The position numbers and the translations under genes are program-made. From Alistipes sp. (lineage in GTDB: Bacteria; Bacteroidota; Bacteroidia; Bacteroidales; Rikenellaceae), in assembly GCA_022511345.1 (NCBI GenBank), contig JAFLRR010000009.1, forward strand, positions 15,442-79,441: DNA of 64,000 nt, in the 5' to 3' direction. This document shows, piece after piece, positions 9,111-19,953 of this stretch (within the stretch, counting starts at the first letter, position 1; each line of letters begins with the position of its first letter). The notes under the pieces were generated by a model. The model did not search any database and was not told where the DNA came from. It saw only the letters and a program-made list of their open reading frames with translations.

Positions 9111-10907
9111 TCACTCCGATTTTTCGTCATAAAGGCTCATCTCGCAACGCCGGCAGTCGAAGGCAAGGCGGTAGCGGCTCGAGCCGTGTTCTATGTAGAG
9201 GTCGCCGCGAAGGCGCGGATTTTCACGCAGGCACTCGCCGATTTCGCGGCGGATGCAGTAGGCCGAACGCAGCACACGACGGCCGCGGGTGGAGGATTCG
9301 AGCTCCAGCGAAGGAGCGATTTCACAGACGCCGTGGCGGCGGTAGAACTCGGCAGAGAGGCGGTTGGTGACATTATCCTCGGCCGAAAGAGCGCTCTCGG
9401 GAAAGCGCGCCGAGGGGTTGTCGCCGACGATGCGGCGCTGCACGGGCCACGGCATGGCGGCAAGGCGCTCCAAAGCCTCGCGGCGCATGGCCGTCATGAC
9501 CGAGGCGGGGACGAAGTATCCGGCGCCCTCGATTTCGACGCCGACGACGCGAAAGGGCGTATCGCCGCTCTTGGAGACACAGGAGCCGATGGAGGATTCG
9601 CTGGCCGCGGCGTCGTTGGCGGCAGAAAAACGGCCCTCGCGCACGAGCGACACCGAGGCTCCGTCGTCGCGGCGCGTGAAGGTAAGCTCGGCCCGGTCGC
9701 TGCAGATGCGCACGCGGGCTTCGGCGTCGAGGCGGCGACGCGTGCGGCTGCGGTCCAGAGCCCGCGAGAAGCGCAGGTCGCAGTTGCGGAATATCTCGGT
9801 GCCGGGGGATATGCCATCCATGCGGTTGGGGGTGATGCGGCGGCCCGAGACGGCGTTGACGTTGGTGCCAGAATCGCCGAAGCAGATTCCGTCGCCGGGA
9901 GCCAGGTCGGCATCGCAGTCGAGGGTAAAGTCGCGCGAGGTGACGCTGAGGACGCGCCCTATCCTCTCGCCCACCGCCTTGGGCGTGTCGAACGAGGCAA
10001 CGCCCGCGCGTCGGCCCGAGAAGAAGTAGTCGGTCTGGCCGCGGGTGAAGCTCTTGGAGGGGTCGGGTTCGAAGTCGAAGTCGCTCTGGCCGTATGACGA
10101 GCGGGCCGCGTCGCTGCGCGAGGCGATCAAATCGTCGACAAGACGGCGGTAGAAGGCCGTGACGTTCTTGATATAGCGCTCGTCCTTGAGGCGGCCCTCG
10201 ATCTTGAACGACGTGGCGCCGGCATCGACAAGGAGGCCGAGGTGCTCCGAGAGATTAAGGTCGCGCACGGAGAGCAGATGCTTGCCCGAGAGGTATTTGC
10301 GGCCAGCGCCGTCGGTCAAATCGTAAGGCAGGCGGCAGGGCTGGCTGCACTCGCCGCGGTTGCCGCTGCGACAGCCGCGCGAACGCGACAGAAAGCAGCG
10401 GCCGCTGTAGCCGACGCATATGGCTCCGTGGATGAAACACTCGATGTCGGCAGAGGTGGCCGAACTCACGGCCCGAATCTGGTCGAGGGTAAGGTTGCGC
10501 TCGAGAACGATGCGCGAAAAGCCGCACTCGCCGAGGAAACGAGCCCGCGAGGGCGACATGTTGAACATCTGGGTGGAGGCGTGAAGCTCGACTGACAGAG
10601 ACATCGTGCGGTAGGCCATGTCCTGAACAATCAGGGCATCGGCTCCGGCGGCAACCACCTCGCGGGCAAGGCGTTCGGCCTCGGAAAGCTCGTGGTCGAA
10701 GAGCAGCGTGTTCATGGTCACGTGGAGCTTGGCGCCGAAGCGGTGGGCATAGTCGGCCGCACGGGCTATGTCGTCGACGGTGTTGACGGCGGCAGCGCGC
10801 GCACCGAAGCGCGCACCGCCCATATAGACGGCGTCGGCGCCATAGTCTATGGCGGCGTAAACGGCCTCGAGGTTGCGGGCCGGAGCGAGTAGTTCGATGC
10901 GTTTCAC
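9111..10907 (-). CDS. U32 family peptidase-like RNA hydroxylase with long C-terminus (RlhA-like)
   Basis: ELLAPA, GADAVYMG, LHASTQ, CFIHGAICVGYSGRCFLS, NRGECSQPCR, SFKIEGRLK. Likely GTG start at 10907, not the 11615 given in the ORF track. Confidence 0.88.
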   Translation of the reverse strand: MKRIELLAPARNLEAVYAAIDYGADAVYMGGARFGARAAAVNTVDDIARAADYAHRFGAKLHVTMNTLLFDHELSEAERLAREVVAAGADALIVQDMAYRTMSLSVELHASTQMFNMSPSRARFLGECGFSRIVLERNLTLDQIRAVSSATSADIECFIHGAICVGYSGRCFLSRSRGCRSGNRGECSQPCRLPYDLTDGAGRKYLSGKHLLSVRDLNLSEHLGLLVDAGATSFKIEGRLKDERYIKNVTAFYRRLVDDLIASRSDAARSSYGQSDFDFEPDPSKSFTRGQTDYFFSGRRAGVASFDTPKAVGERIGRVLSVTSRDFTLDCDADLAPGDGICFGDSGTNVNAVSGRRITPNRMDGISPGTEIFRNCDLRFSRALDRSRTRRRLDAEARVRICSDRAELTFTRRDDGASVSLVREGRFSAANDAAASESSIGSCVSKSGDTPFRVVGVEIEGAGYFVPASVMTAMRREALERLAAMPWPVQRRIVGDNPSARFPESALSAEDNVTNRLSAEFYRRHGVCEIAPSLELESSTRGRRVLRSAYCIRREIGECLRENPRLRGDLYIEHGSSRYRLAFDCRRCEMSLYDEKSE

Positions 10908-11070
10908 GGGCTCGGCAGACCGACTCCATGCGGGCAGAGCCGCCCGAAGGTCGGTTTTCGGAGACAAAAATACAAACAATTCGCAAATAATTTTATACAT
11001 TTGCATTCCGAAACGGCCCGCAGAAAACGGATGCCGCATAGATTCCGGAATTTGTAAAAAAGAGATAATC

Positions 11071-12342
11071 ATGCTCACTATCAAGCAACTGCGCAGCGAC
11101 AAGGAGCTCGCAGCAAGACGCCTGGCAAAAAAAGGCGTCGACGCGACCGCTGCAATCGAAAACATCGAGCGTCTGGATGACCGCCGCAAGGCCCTGCAGA
11201 CCGAACTCGACAACTGTCTGGCCGAACAGAACAAGGCGGCAAAGCAAATCGGCGCCCTCATGGGCCAGGGAAAGCGCGACGAGGCCGAGCAGGCGAAGCG
11301 TCTGGTGGCCGACCTGAAGGCAAAGTCGGCGGCGCTCGCGGCCGAGTCGAAGAGCGTGGCCGACGAGCTGCAGGCCGTAATAGTCACCCTGCCTAACTTC
11401 CCCGCAGACATAGTGCCCGAAGGCAAGACGGCCGAGGACAACGTGGTGGTCAAAATCGAGGAGTCGTACACGCCGCTGCCCGAGAACGCTCTGCCCCACT
11501 GGGAGCTGGCAAAGAAGTATGACATAATAGACTTCGACCTGGGCGTGAAGCTCACAGGCGCCGGATTCCCCGTATACAAGGGCAAGGGCGCACGTCTGCA
11601 GCGCGCGCTCATCAACTACTTCCTCGACTGCAACACCGCCGCCGGATATCTGGAGGTCGAGCCGCCCGTGATGGTAAACGAGGCCTCGGGATTCGGTACG
11701 GGTCAGCTGCCCGACAAGGAGGGTCAGATGTACCACGCCACGGCCGACAATTTCTATCTCGTCCCCACGGCCGAGGTGCCCGTGACCAATATCTACCGCG
11801 ACGTGATTCTCGAGGAAAAGGATTTCCCGGTAAAGATGACCGCATACACTCCCTGCTTCCGCCGCGAGGCCGGCTCCTACGGCAAGGATGTGCGCGGACT
11901 GAACCGTCTGCACCAGTTCGACAAGGTGGAAATCGTGCAGCTCGCACTGCCCGAAAAGTCATACGAGGCGCTGGACGGAATGGTGGCCCATGTGGAGAGC
12001 ATCGTCAAGTCGCTCGGCCTTCCGTACCGCATTCTGCGTCTGTGCGGCGGCGACATGTCGTTCACCTCGGCTCTGACCTACGACTTCGAGGTATACTCCG
12101 AAGCGCAGAAGCGCTGGCTGGAAGTGTCGTCGGTGTCGAACTTCGAGTCGTTCCAGGCCAACCGCCTAAAACTCAGATACAAGGACGCCGACAAGAAGAC
12201 ACAGCTGGCTCACACGCTCAACGGCTCGTCACTGGCTCTGCCGCGAATAGTGGCCGCGCTGCTCGAGAACAACCAGACACCGGAGGGTATCAAAATACCC
12301 GAGGTGCTGATTCCGTACACTGGTTTTGCAATTATCGAATAA
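11071..12342 (+). CDS. serS: Serine--tRNA ligase
   Basis: N-terminal coiled coil, YLVPTAEVP, PCFRREAGSYGKDVRGLNRLHQFDKVE, EVSSVSN, HTLNGSSLALPR. Confidence 0.98.
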   Translation: MLTIKQLRSDKELAARRLAKKGVDATAAIENIERLDDRRKALQTELDNCLAEQNKAAKQIGALMGQGKRDEAEQAKRLVADLKAKSAALAAESKSVADELQAVIVTLPNFPADIVPEGKTAEDNVVVKIEESYTPLPENALPHWELAKKYDIIDFDLGVKLTGAGFPVYKGKGARLQRALINYFLDCNTAAGYLEVEPPVMVNEASGFGTGQLPDKEGQMYHATADNFYLVPTAEVPVTNIYRDVILEEKDFPVKMTAYTPCFRREAGSYGKDVRGLNRLHQFDKVEIVQLALPEKSYEALDGMVAHVESIVKSLGLPYRILRLCGGDMSFTSALTYDFEVYSEAQKRWLEVSSVSNFESFQANRLKLRYKDADKKTQLAHTLNGSSLALPRIVAALLENNQTPEGIKIPEVLIPYTGFAIIE

Positions 12343-12406
12343 ATCATTATATTTGCAAAAAGAGAGCACACACTTTAACAAAACAATAAACTAAACTTTT
12401 ACTGCA

Positions 12407-12577
12407 ATGGCTTACAAAATCAGCGACGCGTGCGTTGCATGCGGAACATGTATCGGCGAGTGCCCGGTAGAGGCTATTTCGGCCGGTGACATCTATGTAA
12501 TCGATCCCGACAAGTGCATCGACTGCGGCACCTGCGCAGGCGTCTGCCCCAGCGAGGCAATCGCACCCGAAGCATAA
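12407..12577 (+). CDS. 2[4Fe-4S] ferredoxin, 56 aa (absent from the ORF track)
   Basis: MAYKISDACVACGTCIGECPVEAISAGDIYVIDPDKCIDCGTCAGVCPSEAIAPEA with two CxxCxxCxxxCP motifs. TATATTTG promoter element at 12348-12355. Confidence 0.96.
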   Translation: MAYKISDACVACGTCIGECPVEAISAGDIYVIDPDKCIDCGTCAGVCPSEAIAPEA

Positions 12578-12599
12578 TCGGCTTCAATATCGGAAAACG

Positions 12600-12634
12600 G
12601 ACTCCGCCTCAAATGAGGCGGAGTCTTCGTTTTT
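12600..12634. terminator. Bidirectional terminator between ferredoxin and clpB
   Basis: GACTCCGCCTC-aaat-GAGGCGGAGTC with A/T-rich flanks. Confidence 0.85.
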
Positions 12635-12649
12635 GTGGCGGCCGGCAGC

Positions 12650-15247
12650 TCAGTTGGAGAAGGTCAGGCCGCCGGGTGAGGCATCGACGCTTATGGGCCG
12701 GCTGCGGTCGACCTCGCCAGCCAAAATGCGCTTCGACAACTCGTTCACTATCTCGCGCTGGATGACTCGCTTGACGGGACGCGCACCGAACATGGCATCG
12801 AAGCCCGCGTCGGCTATCCACGACCTCGCAGCATCGGTGTAGTCGAGAGTTATGCCGTTGCCGGAGAGCATCTTGCGGATAGTGCCCATCTGGATGTCGA
12901 CAATGCGCTCGATATCCTCGCGCGTGAGCGGCTCGAACATAACAATCTCGTCGACACGGTTCAGGAACTCGGGCTTGAGCTGCTGCTTGAGAAGCTCGAT
13001 GACCTCCGCACGCGTCTGCTCGACCAGCTCAGCGGGCAGGCGGCGGCCGTCGGCAGCCGAAGCGAAGCGCTCCTGAATGATGTGCGAGCCCATGTTCGAG
13101 GTCATGATGATGATGGTGTTGCGGAAGTCGACAGTGCGGCCCTTGTTGTCGGTAAGGCGGCCGTCGTCCAGCACTTGCAGCAGGATGTTGAACACGTCGG
13201 GGTGAGCCTTCTCAATCTCGTCCAACAGCACCACCGAATAGGGCTTGCGCCGCACGGCCTCGGTCAGCTGGCCGCCCTCGTCGTAGCCGACATATCCCGG
13301 AGGCGCGCCCACAAGACGCGAGACGCTGTGGCGCTCCTGGTACTCGCTCATGTCGATGCGCGTAATCATGTTGTCGTCGTTGAACAGGAACTCGGCAAGC
13401 GCCTTCGCCAGCTCGGTCTTGCCCACGCCCGTCGTGCCGAGGAAGATGAACGAGCCTATCGGCTTGCGCGCATCGTTCAGACCCGCACGCGAGCGCCGAA
13501 CGGCATCGGAGATGGCGCTGATGGCCTGCTGCTGACCCACCACGCGGAGGTGGAGCTCATCCTCCATGCGCAGCAGCTTCTCGCGCTCGGAGGCCAGCAT
13601 CCGCGAAACGGGTATGCCCGTCCAGCGCGAGACGACCTCGGCGATATCCTGGGAGTCGACCTCCTCCTTAATCATCGAGTTGTCGGCCGACGAGGCCCGG
13701 AACTCCTCCTGAAGAGCGGCGATGCGCTGCTCGGCCTCGCGAATCTTGCCGTAGCGAATCTCGGCCACACGGCCGTAGTCGCCCTGGCGCTCGGCCTGCT
13801 GGGCCTCGATCTTCAGCTGCTCGATTGCATCCTTGTCCTGCTGGATGCGCTGCAGCATGTCGCGCTGACTCTGCCAGCGGGCACGCATCTGCGAGTCGCG
13901 CGCCTTCAGCTCGTCGATATCGCGCGAAAGGGTCTCGACTCGCTCGGGGTCGTTCTCGCGGCGGATGGCCTCGCGCTCGATTTCCAGCTGGCGGATGCGG
14001 CGGTCGAGGCTGTCGATCTCCTCGGGCACCGAATTCATCTCAAGGCGCAGGCGCGAGGCCGCCTCGTCGATGAGGTCGATGGCCTTGTCGGGCAGGAAGC
14101 GCGAGGTGATGTAGCGGTGAGACAGTTCGACCGCTGCGATGATGGCCTCGTCCTTGATGCGCACCTGGTGGTGGTTCTCGTAGCGCTCCTTAAGCCCGCG
14201 AAGGATGGAGACAGCATCGTCGGTAGAGGGCTCGTCGACCTGGACCTTCTGGAAGCGGCGCTCGAGGGCCTTGTCCTGCTCGAAATATTTCTGGAACTCG
14301 TCGAGAGTCGTGGCTCCGATGGTGCGAAGCTCGCCGCGCGCCAGCGCAGGCTTGAGGATGTTGGCCGCATCCATGGCGCCGGACGACTTGCCCGCTCCGA
14401 CCAGAGTGTGAATCTCGTCGATGAACAGAAGTATCTCGCCGTCGCTGGCGATGACCTCCTGCACCACGGCCTTCAGGCGCTCCTCGAACTCGCCCTGGTA
14501 CTTGGCGCCGGCAATCAGCGCACCCATGTCGAGCGAGAAGATGACCTTGGATTTCAGATTCTCCGGAACGTCGCCGTCGACAATGCGGTGGGCGATGCCC
14601 TCGGCGATGGCGGTCTTGCCGACACCGGCCTCGCCGACCAGAATCGGGTTGTTCTTGGTGCGGCGCGAGAGAATCTGAAGCACGCGGCGAATCTCCTCGT
14701 CGCGGCCGATTACGGGATCGAGCTTGCCGCTGCGGGCCTGTTCGTTAAGGTTGACGGCATACTTGCCCAGAGCGTCGAACTCCTGCGAAGCCGTGGGCGA
14801 ATCGACCGTGGCCCCGCGACGGAAGGTGCGGACGGCCTCGACAAGCTCGCTCTCGACAGCTCCCTCCTGCTTGAGCACATCGGAGGCGGTGCCGCGTTCG
14901 CTGACAAGCGCCAGAAGAAGGTGCTCGACGGAGGCATAGCGGTCGTTGAAGGTTTTGGTGAAGTCGACGGCACGCTGTATGACGCGCGTAGTGTCGTTGG
15001 AGAAATAGGGGTCGCCACCGCCGGAGACCTTGGGCATGGAGTCCTCAAGACGCTTCACCCTCTGGCGAAGCGAGGCGAGATTCACGCCGCAGCGGCCCAG
15101 AAGAAAGGCCGAAAGCGAGTTGTCGTCGGCAATCATGACGCCGAGAAGATGCAGCGGCTCGACGGCCTGCTGGCGATTCCCGGCTGCGCGCAGAGATGCT
15201 GCCTGCAGCACTTCCTGCGCCTTGACGGTTAAAGAGTTGATGTTCAT
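12650..15247 (-). CDS. clpB: ATP-dependent chaperone ClpB
   Basis: Clp N domain, [21 protein letters not shown], coiled-coil M domain, [31 protein letters not shown]. Confidence 0.98.
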   Translation of the reverse strand: MNINSLTVKAQEVLQAASLRAAGNRQQAVEPLHLLGVMIADDNSLSAFLLGRCGVNLASLRQRVKRLEDSMPKVSGGGDPYFSNDTTRVIQRAVDFTKTFNDRYASVEHLLLALVSERGTASDVLKQEGAVESELVEAVRTFRRGATVDSPTASQEFDALGKYAVNLNEQARSGKLDPVIGRDEEIRRVLQILSRRTKNNPILVGEAGVGKTAIAEGIAHRIVDGDVPENLKSKVIFSLDMGALIAGAKYQGEFEERLKAVVQEVIASDGEILLFIDEIHTLVGAGKSSGAMDAANILKPALARGELRTIGATTLDEFQKYFEQDKALERRFQKVQVDEPSTDDAVSILRGLKERYENHHQVRIKDEAIIAAVELSHRYITSRFLPDKAIDLIDEAASRLRLEMNSVPEEIDSLDRRIRQLEIEREAIRRENDPERVETLSRDIDELKARDSQMRARWQSQRDMLQRIQQDKDAIEQLKIEAQQAERQGDYGRVAEIRYGKIREAEQRIAALQEEFRASSADNSMIKEEVDSQDIAEVVSRWTGIPVSRMLASEREKLLRMEDELHLRVVGQQQAISAISDAVRRSRAGLNDARKPIGSFIFLGTTGVGKTELAKALAEFLFNDDNMITRIDMSEYQERHSVSRLVGAPPGYVGYDEGGQLTEAVRRKPYSVVLLDEIEKAHPDVFNILLQVLDDGRLTDNKGRTVDFRNTIIIMTSNMGSHIIQERFASAADGRRLPAELVEQTRAEVIELLKQQLKPEFLNRVDEIVMFEPLTREDIERIVDIQMGTIRKMLSGNGITLDYTDAARSWIADAGFDAMFGARPVKRVIQREIVNELSKRILAGEVDRSRPISVDASPGGLTFSN

Positions 15248-15315
15248 ATCGAGTATTGTTTTTCGTTATTTCCGTTTCAGGGCCCCGCTCACCGAGCCCG
15301 CACGACGGGTCGATG

Positions 15316-15331
15316 CGCAAAACCCCTGCCA
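15316..15331 (-). promoter_or_regulatory. sigma54-type -24/-12 promoter upstream of clpB
   Basis: Minus strand reads TGGCAGG-GGTT-TTGCG, versus consensus TGGCACG-N4-TTGCW. Confidence 0.65.
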
Positions 15332-15533
15332 GGAGGCGGACCGTGACGGAGTGGCACCATTTGTCAGACGGCGAATGTCAAAGAGCGACAAAGAGTCCGC
15401 ACGGCGGCAGAGAGCCATGACAAAGAGTCGCATTTTCTGCCACATGACAAAAAAAGAGGCAGCGAAAAAAACGATATACGGATATTTTTCATATCTTTAC
15501 GTTGTTTTTTAATCGCGAAACGCTCAAAAACTT

Positions 15534-17018
15534 ATGAAGACTCTCGGAATTGACATGGGCTCGTCGTCGGTGAAGGTTTCGCTCATGGACGTCGAGACCG
15601 GACGATGCATAGCCTCGTCGACAAATCCTTCGGTGGAGATGCCAATAGACGCCCCGCAGAGCGGATGGGCCGAACAGGACCCCGAAATGTGGTGGAGGTA
15701 TATCTGCGACGGAATAAGGGCCGTGGGCGCAGAACACCCGCTCGCGGATGTGGCCGCCATAGGCATAACCTATCAGATGCACGGCCTGGTGGCAATAGAC
15801 AAAGCGGGAGAACCGCTCAGAAAAGCCATTATATGGTGCGACTCGCGCGCAGTAGCTACGGGTGCCGAGGCTTTGGAGGCGCTCGGGCCGCAGCGGTGCC
15901 TAAAGCACCTGCTAAACTCGCCGGGAAACTTCACCGCCTCGAAGGCCGCATGGGTCAGAAAGAACGAGCCGGAGATATTCGCGAAAATAGACAAGTTCAT
16001 GCTCCCGGGCGATTATGCCGCATACCGCCTCACGGGCGAGATTTCGACAACCGAAAGCGGATTGTCGGAGCAGATTCTATGGGACTTCGCCGAGAACCGC
16101 CGGGCTGATTTCGTGGCCGACTACTACGGCATACCGCACTCGATGATACCCCAGGCCGGAGTGTCGATAGGCATCCGGTCGCGAACGAACGCCGAGACCG
16201 AGAGGCTCTTCGGAATACCGGCAGGCACGCCCGTGTCATACCGCGCGGGTGACCAGCCGAACAACGCATTCTCGCTGAATGTGCTCGAGAAGGGAGAAAT
16301 AGCCGCCACGGGAGGAACGAGCGGTGTGGTGTACGGCGTATCGGACACGCCGAAGGCCGACCCGCAGTCGAGAGTCAACACATTCCTGCACGTGAACCAC
16401 TCGGCCGCAGCGCCGCGGTACGGAATACTGCTCTGCATAAACGGAACGGGCATAATGAACTCGTGGCTGCGCCGCAACATTGCCCGCTCAATGAGCTACG
16501 ACGAGATGAACCAGGCGGCTGCATCGGTGCCGGCAGGCTCCGACGGGCTGCTGTCGATACCATTCGGCAACGGCGCCGAACGGGTGCTCGGGAACCGTTA
16601 CACGGGAGCCTCGTTCTCGGGGATAGACCTCAACAGACACACCACAGCGCACATGATACGCTCGGTGCACGAGGGAATAGCGTACTCGTTCAGGTACGGA
16701 ATAGACATAATGCGGCAGACGGGACTGGTTCCGAACGTCATACGCGCAGGCAGGGCGAACCTGTTCCTGTCGCCGGTGTTCCGTGAGACGCTCGCAACCC
16801 TCACGGGCGCCGAAATCGAGCTCTTCAACACCGACGGCGCGCTCGGAGCGGCCCGCGGAGCGGCGCTCGGAGCAGGGCTATACTCCTCGCGCGAGCAGAC
16901 GTTCGCATCGCTCGAGAAGCTCGGCTCGGTGCGGCCGGTGCCCGAATGGAAAGAGGCGCTCGAGCAGGGTTATGCCGAATGGAAGGCCGAAGTGGAGAGT
17001 CGGCTGTCGAGGCATTGA
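15534..17018 (+). CDS. xylB: Xylulokinase (FGGY family)
   Basis: LGIDMGSSSVK, GITYQMHGLV, AIIWCDSR, GDQPNNA, GALGAARGA. Adjacent to xylA. Confidence 0.93.
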   Translation: MKTLGIDMGSSSVKVSLMDVETGRCIASSTNPSVEMPIDAPQSGWAEQDPEMWWRYICDGIRAVGAEHPLADVAAIGITYQMHGLVAIDKAGEPLRKAIIWCDSRAVATGAEALEALGPQRCLKHLLNSPGNFTASKAAWVRKNEPEIFAKIDKFMLPGDYAAYRLTGEISTTESGLSEQILWDFAENRRADFVADYYGIPHSMIPQAGVSIGIRSRTNAETERLFGIPAGTPVSYRAGDQPNNAFSLNVLEKGEIAATGGTSGVVYGVSDTPKADPQSRVNTFLHVNHSAAAPRYGILLCINGTGIMNSWLRRNIARSMSYDEMNQAAASVPAGSDGLLSIPFGNGAERVLGNRYTGASFSGIDLNRHTTAHMIRSVHEGIAYSFRYGIDIMRQTGLVPNVIRAGRANLFLSPVFRETLATLTGAEIELFNTDGALGAARGAALGAGLYSSREQTFASLEKLGSVRPVPEWKEALEQGYAEWKAEVESRLSRH

Positions 17019-17084
17019 AGCGTATGCTGGAGCAGATTTTAATTAACCGAAAACCGATAACAATCATCAAAAAAACTAAAAGCT

Positions 17085-18401
17085 ATGGCAACTAAAGAGT
17101 ATTTTCCCACAGTAGGAAAAATCCCCTTCGAGGGCAAGGATTCCAAGAATCCGATGGCCTTCCACTATTATGACCCCGAGCGCGTGGTGCGCGGCCGCAA
17201 AATGAAGGAGTGGTTCAAGTTCTCGATGGCTTGGTGGCACACCCTGTGCGCCGAGGGCGCCGACCAGTTCGGCGGCGGAACGAAGAAGTTCCCCTGGAAC
17301 CAGGAGGCATGCCCCGTGGAGCGCGCAAAGGACAAGATGGATGCAGGTTTCGAGTTCATGCAGAAGATGGGCATCGAATACTACTGCTTCCACGACGTGG
17401 ACCTGGTGGACGAGGCTGCTACGGCTGAGGAGTACGAGAAGAACCTCAAGGAGATTGTGGCATATGCAAAGCAGAAGCAGGCACAGACCGGAATAAAGCT
17501 GCTCTGGGGTACGGCAAACGTATTCTCGCACGCACGATACATGAACGGAGCCTCGACAAACCCCGACTTCGCAACAGCTGCGCGCGCAATGCTGCAAATC
17601 AAGAACGCCATAGACGCCACGATAGAGCTCGGAGGCGAGAACTATGTATTCTGGGGCGGCCGCGAGGGTTACATGTCGCTGCTGAACACCGACATGAAGC
17701 GCGAGAAGAGCCACATGGCCACCATGCTGCGCATGGCTCGCGACTATGCGCGTTCGAAGGGATTCAAGGGTAATTTCCTCATCGAGCCCAAGCCTATGGA
17801 GCCCATGAAGCACCAGTATGACGTGGATACCGAAACAGTAATAGGATTCCTGCGCGCAAACGGCCTGGACAAGGACTTCAAGGTAAACATCGAGGTAAAC
17901 CACGCAACCCTGGCAGGACACACTTTCGAGCACGAACTGCAGTGCGCAGTGGATGCCGGAATGCTCGGCTCTATAGACGCAAACCGAGGCGACTACCAGA
18001 ACGGCTGGGATACGGACCAGTTCCCCGTAGACCTCTACGAGATGGTGCAGGCCATGCTGGTAATACTCAAGGGAGGCGGCCTGCAGGGAGGCGGAACCAA
18101 CTTCGACGCAAAGACACGCCGAAACTCGACCGATCTGGAGGATATATTCATTGCCCACATCTCGGGTATGGATGTGATGGCCCGCGCGCTGCTCATAGCT
18201 GCCGACATACTCGACAACTCGCCATATGAGAAGATGCTCAAAGAGCGCTACGCTTCGTATGACTCGGGCGAGGGAAAGGATTTCGAGGAGGGCAAGCTCA
18301 CCCTCGAGCAGGCGGCAGAATACGCCCGCAAGAACGGCGAGCCCGCACAGCACAGCGGAAAGCAGGAGCTCTACGAGACCATTGTAAACATGTATATCTA
18401 A
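17085..18401 (+). CDS. xylA: Xylose isomerase (class II)
   Basis: [60 protein letters not shown]. Confidence 0.98.
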   Translation: MATKEYFPTVGKIPFEGKDSKNPMAFHYYDPERVVRGRKMKEWFKFSMAWWHTLCAEGADQFGGGTKKFPWNQEACPVERAKDKMDAGFEFMQKMGIEYYCFHDVDLVDEAATAEEYEKNLKEIVAYAKQKQAQTGIKLLWGTANVFSHARYMNGASTNPDFATAARAMLQIKNAIDATIELGGENYVFWGGREGYMSLLNTDMKREKSHMATMLRMARDYARSKGFKGNFLIEPKPMEPMKHQYDVDTETVIGFLRANGLDKDFKVNIEVNHATLAGHTFEHELQCAVDAGMLGSIDANRGDYQNGWDTDQFPVDLYEMVQAMLVILKGGGLQGGGTNFDAKTRRNSTDLEDIFIAHISGMDVMARALLIAADILDNSPYEKMLKERYASYDSGEGKDFEEGKLTLEQAAEYARKNGEPAQHSGKQELYETIVNMYI

Positions 18402-18474
18402 AAAAGATTCCGATGCCGGCGCCCGCTTTTGCGGGCGCCGGTGAAATCGGCCAATCCGAAACGCCAAACCTGAA

Positions 18475-19893
18475 ATGACAAACACAGTACAACAACAGGG
18501 AAGCCGAAGCTATCTCTTCTCGATAGTCCTCGTGGCTATCATCGGAGGTCTGCTCTTCGGTTATGACACGGCAGTGGTGTCGGGTGCCGAAAAGGCGCTC
18601 CAGACATTCTTCCGCGACGGACTCGGGGCTCTCTACACCCCCGGACTTCACGGCTTCACAGCCTCGAGCGCACTGATAGGATGCGTCATAGGAGGTGCAA
18701 TATCGGGATTCATGGCCTCGCGCCTGGGTCGCAAGCGCTCGCTGATAGCAGCCGCGCTGATGTTCTTCATATCGGCCGTGGGCTCGTGGTGCCCCGAAAG
18801 CGGAATACTGCCATACGGCGAGCCGTCGATGACGCTGCTGGCCGTATTCAACATATACCGCATACTGGGCGGCGTGGGCGTAGGTCTGGCATCGGCCGTA
18901 TGCCCGATGTACATAGCCGAAATATCGCCCGCAAGGATTCGAGGAACGCTCGTGTCGTGCAACCAGTTCGCCATAATATTCGGAATGCTGGTGGTATACT
19001 TCGTAAACTACATGATTCGCAACAACCTCGGCGAAACGGCCGAAGCGATACAGTCGGCAATGGTCAGCCTCGGCTGGCGCCGAATGTTCCTCAGCGAGGC
19101 ATTCCCCGCAGGAACGTTCTGTCTGCTGGTGATGCTCGTGCCCGAAACGCCGCGATATCTGGCACTGCGCGGAAACGAGTCGAAAGCTTTCTCAATTCTC
19201 GAAAAAATCAACGGCACGGCCGAGGCCAAGACAATACTCGGCGAAATAAAGGCCACCGTCAACGAGAAGCGCGAGAAGATTTTCACATACGGAGTGACGG
19301 TTATAGTAGTCGGAGTGCTGCTGTCGTTCTTCCAGCAGGCCGTGGGAATAAACGTGGTGCTCTACTATGCGCCGCGAATATTCGAAAACATGGGCGCCTC
19401 GGGAGATGCTTCGATGGTGCAGACCGTGGTGATGGGTATAGTGAACATAGTATTTACGGTGGTGGCAATATTCACCGTGGACAAGGTGGGACGCCGGCCG
19501 CTGCTCATAATCGGCTCGATAGGCATGACAATAGGCATGGCGGCGCTGGCCGTACTGTCGTTCACCGACTCGATAGGCGTGGCGGCGCTGGTGTTCATAA
19601 TAATATACACCGCATCGTTCATGATGTCGTGGGGTCCCATATGCTGGGTGCTCATAGCCGAAATATTCCCCAACACGATACGCTCGCAGGCCGTGGCCAT
19701 TGCCGTGGCGGCACAGTGGATATCGAACTTCCTGGTATCGTCGACATTCCCGTCGCTGAGCGAGTGGAGCGTGGGCGGAACATACTGCATATATGCGCTC
19801 ATGTCGCTGCTATCGGCACTCTTCGTATGGAGCCGCGTGCCCGAAACCAAGGGCAAGACTCTCGAGGAGATGTCGAAACTGTGGAAAAAATAG
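18475..19893 (+). CDS. xylE: D-xylose:proton symporter (sugar porter MFS)
   Basis: GGLLFGYDTAVVSG, PMYIAEISPARIRG, PETPRYL, QQAVGINVVLYY, SWGPICWVLIAEIFP, PETKGKTLEE. Confidence 0.93.
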   Translation: MTNTVQQQGSRSYLFSIVLVAIIGGLLFGYDTAVVSGAEKALQTFFRDGLGALYTPGLHGFTASSALIGCVIGGAISGFMASRLGRKRSLIAAALMFFISAVGSWCPESGILPYGEPSMTLLAVFNIYRILGGVGVGLASAVCPMYIAEISPARIRGTLVSCNQFAIIFGMLVVYFVNYMIRNNLGETAEAIQSAMVSLGWRRMFLSEAFPAGTFCLLVMLVPETPRYLALRGNESKAFSILEKINGTAEAKTILGEIKATVNEKREKIFTYGVTVIVVGVLLSFFQQAVGINVVLYYAPRIFENMGASGDASMVQTVVMGIVNIVFTVVAIFTVDKVGRRPLLIIGSIGMTIGMAALAVLSFTDSIGVAALVFIIIYTASFMMSWGPICWVLIAEIFPNTIRSQAVAIAVAAQWISNFLVSSTFPSLSEWSVGGTYCIYALMSLLSALFVWSRVPETKGKTLEEMSKLWKK

Positions 19894-19917
19894 ACTCCGC
19901 AGCCCAGAGCATTGCAA

Positions 19918-19948
19918 AACCGGGGCCGGCTGATTGCCGGCCCCGGTT
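19918..19948. terminator. Hairpin between convergent xylE and GH95
   Basis: AACCGGGGCCGGC-tgatt-GCCGGCCCCGGTT, a perfect 13-bp stem. Confidence 0.8.
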
Positions 19949-19953
19949 CGTTT

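Noticed and set aside
10908-11615. N-terminal 235-aa extension of the U32 ORF in the track
   Set aside because: Overlaps serS on the opposite strand and the divergent promoter region. Family similarity starts at VKRIELLAPA (GTG 10907).
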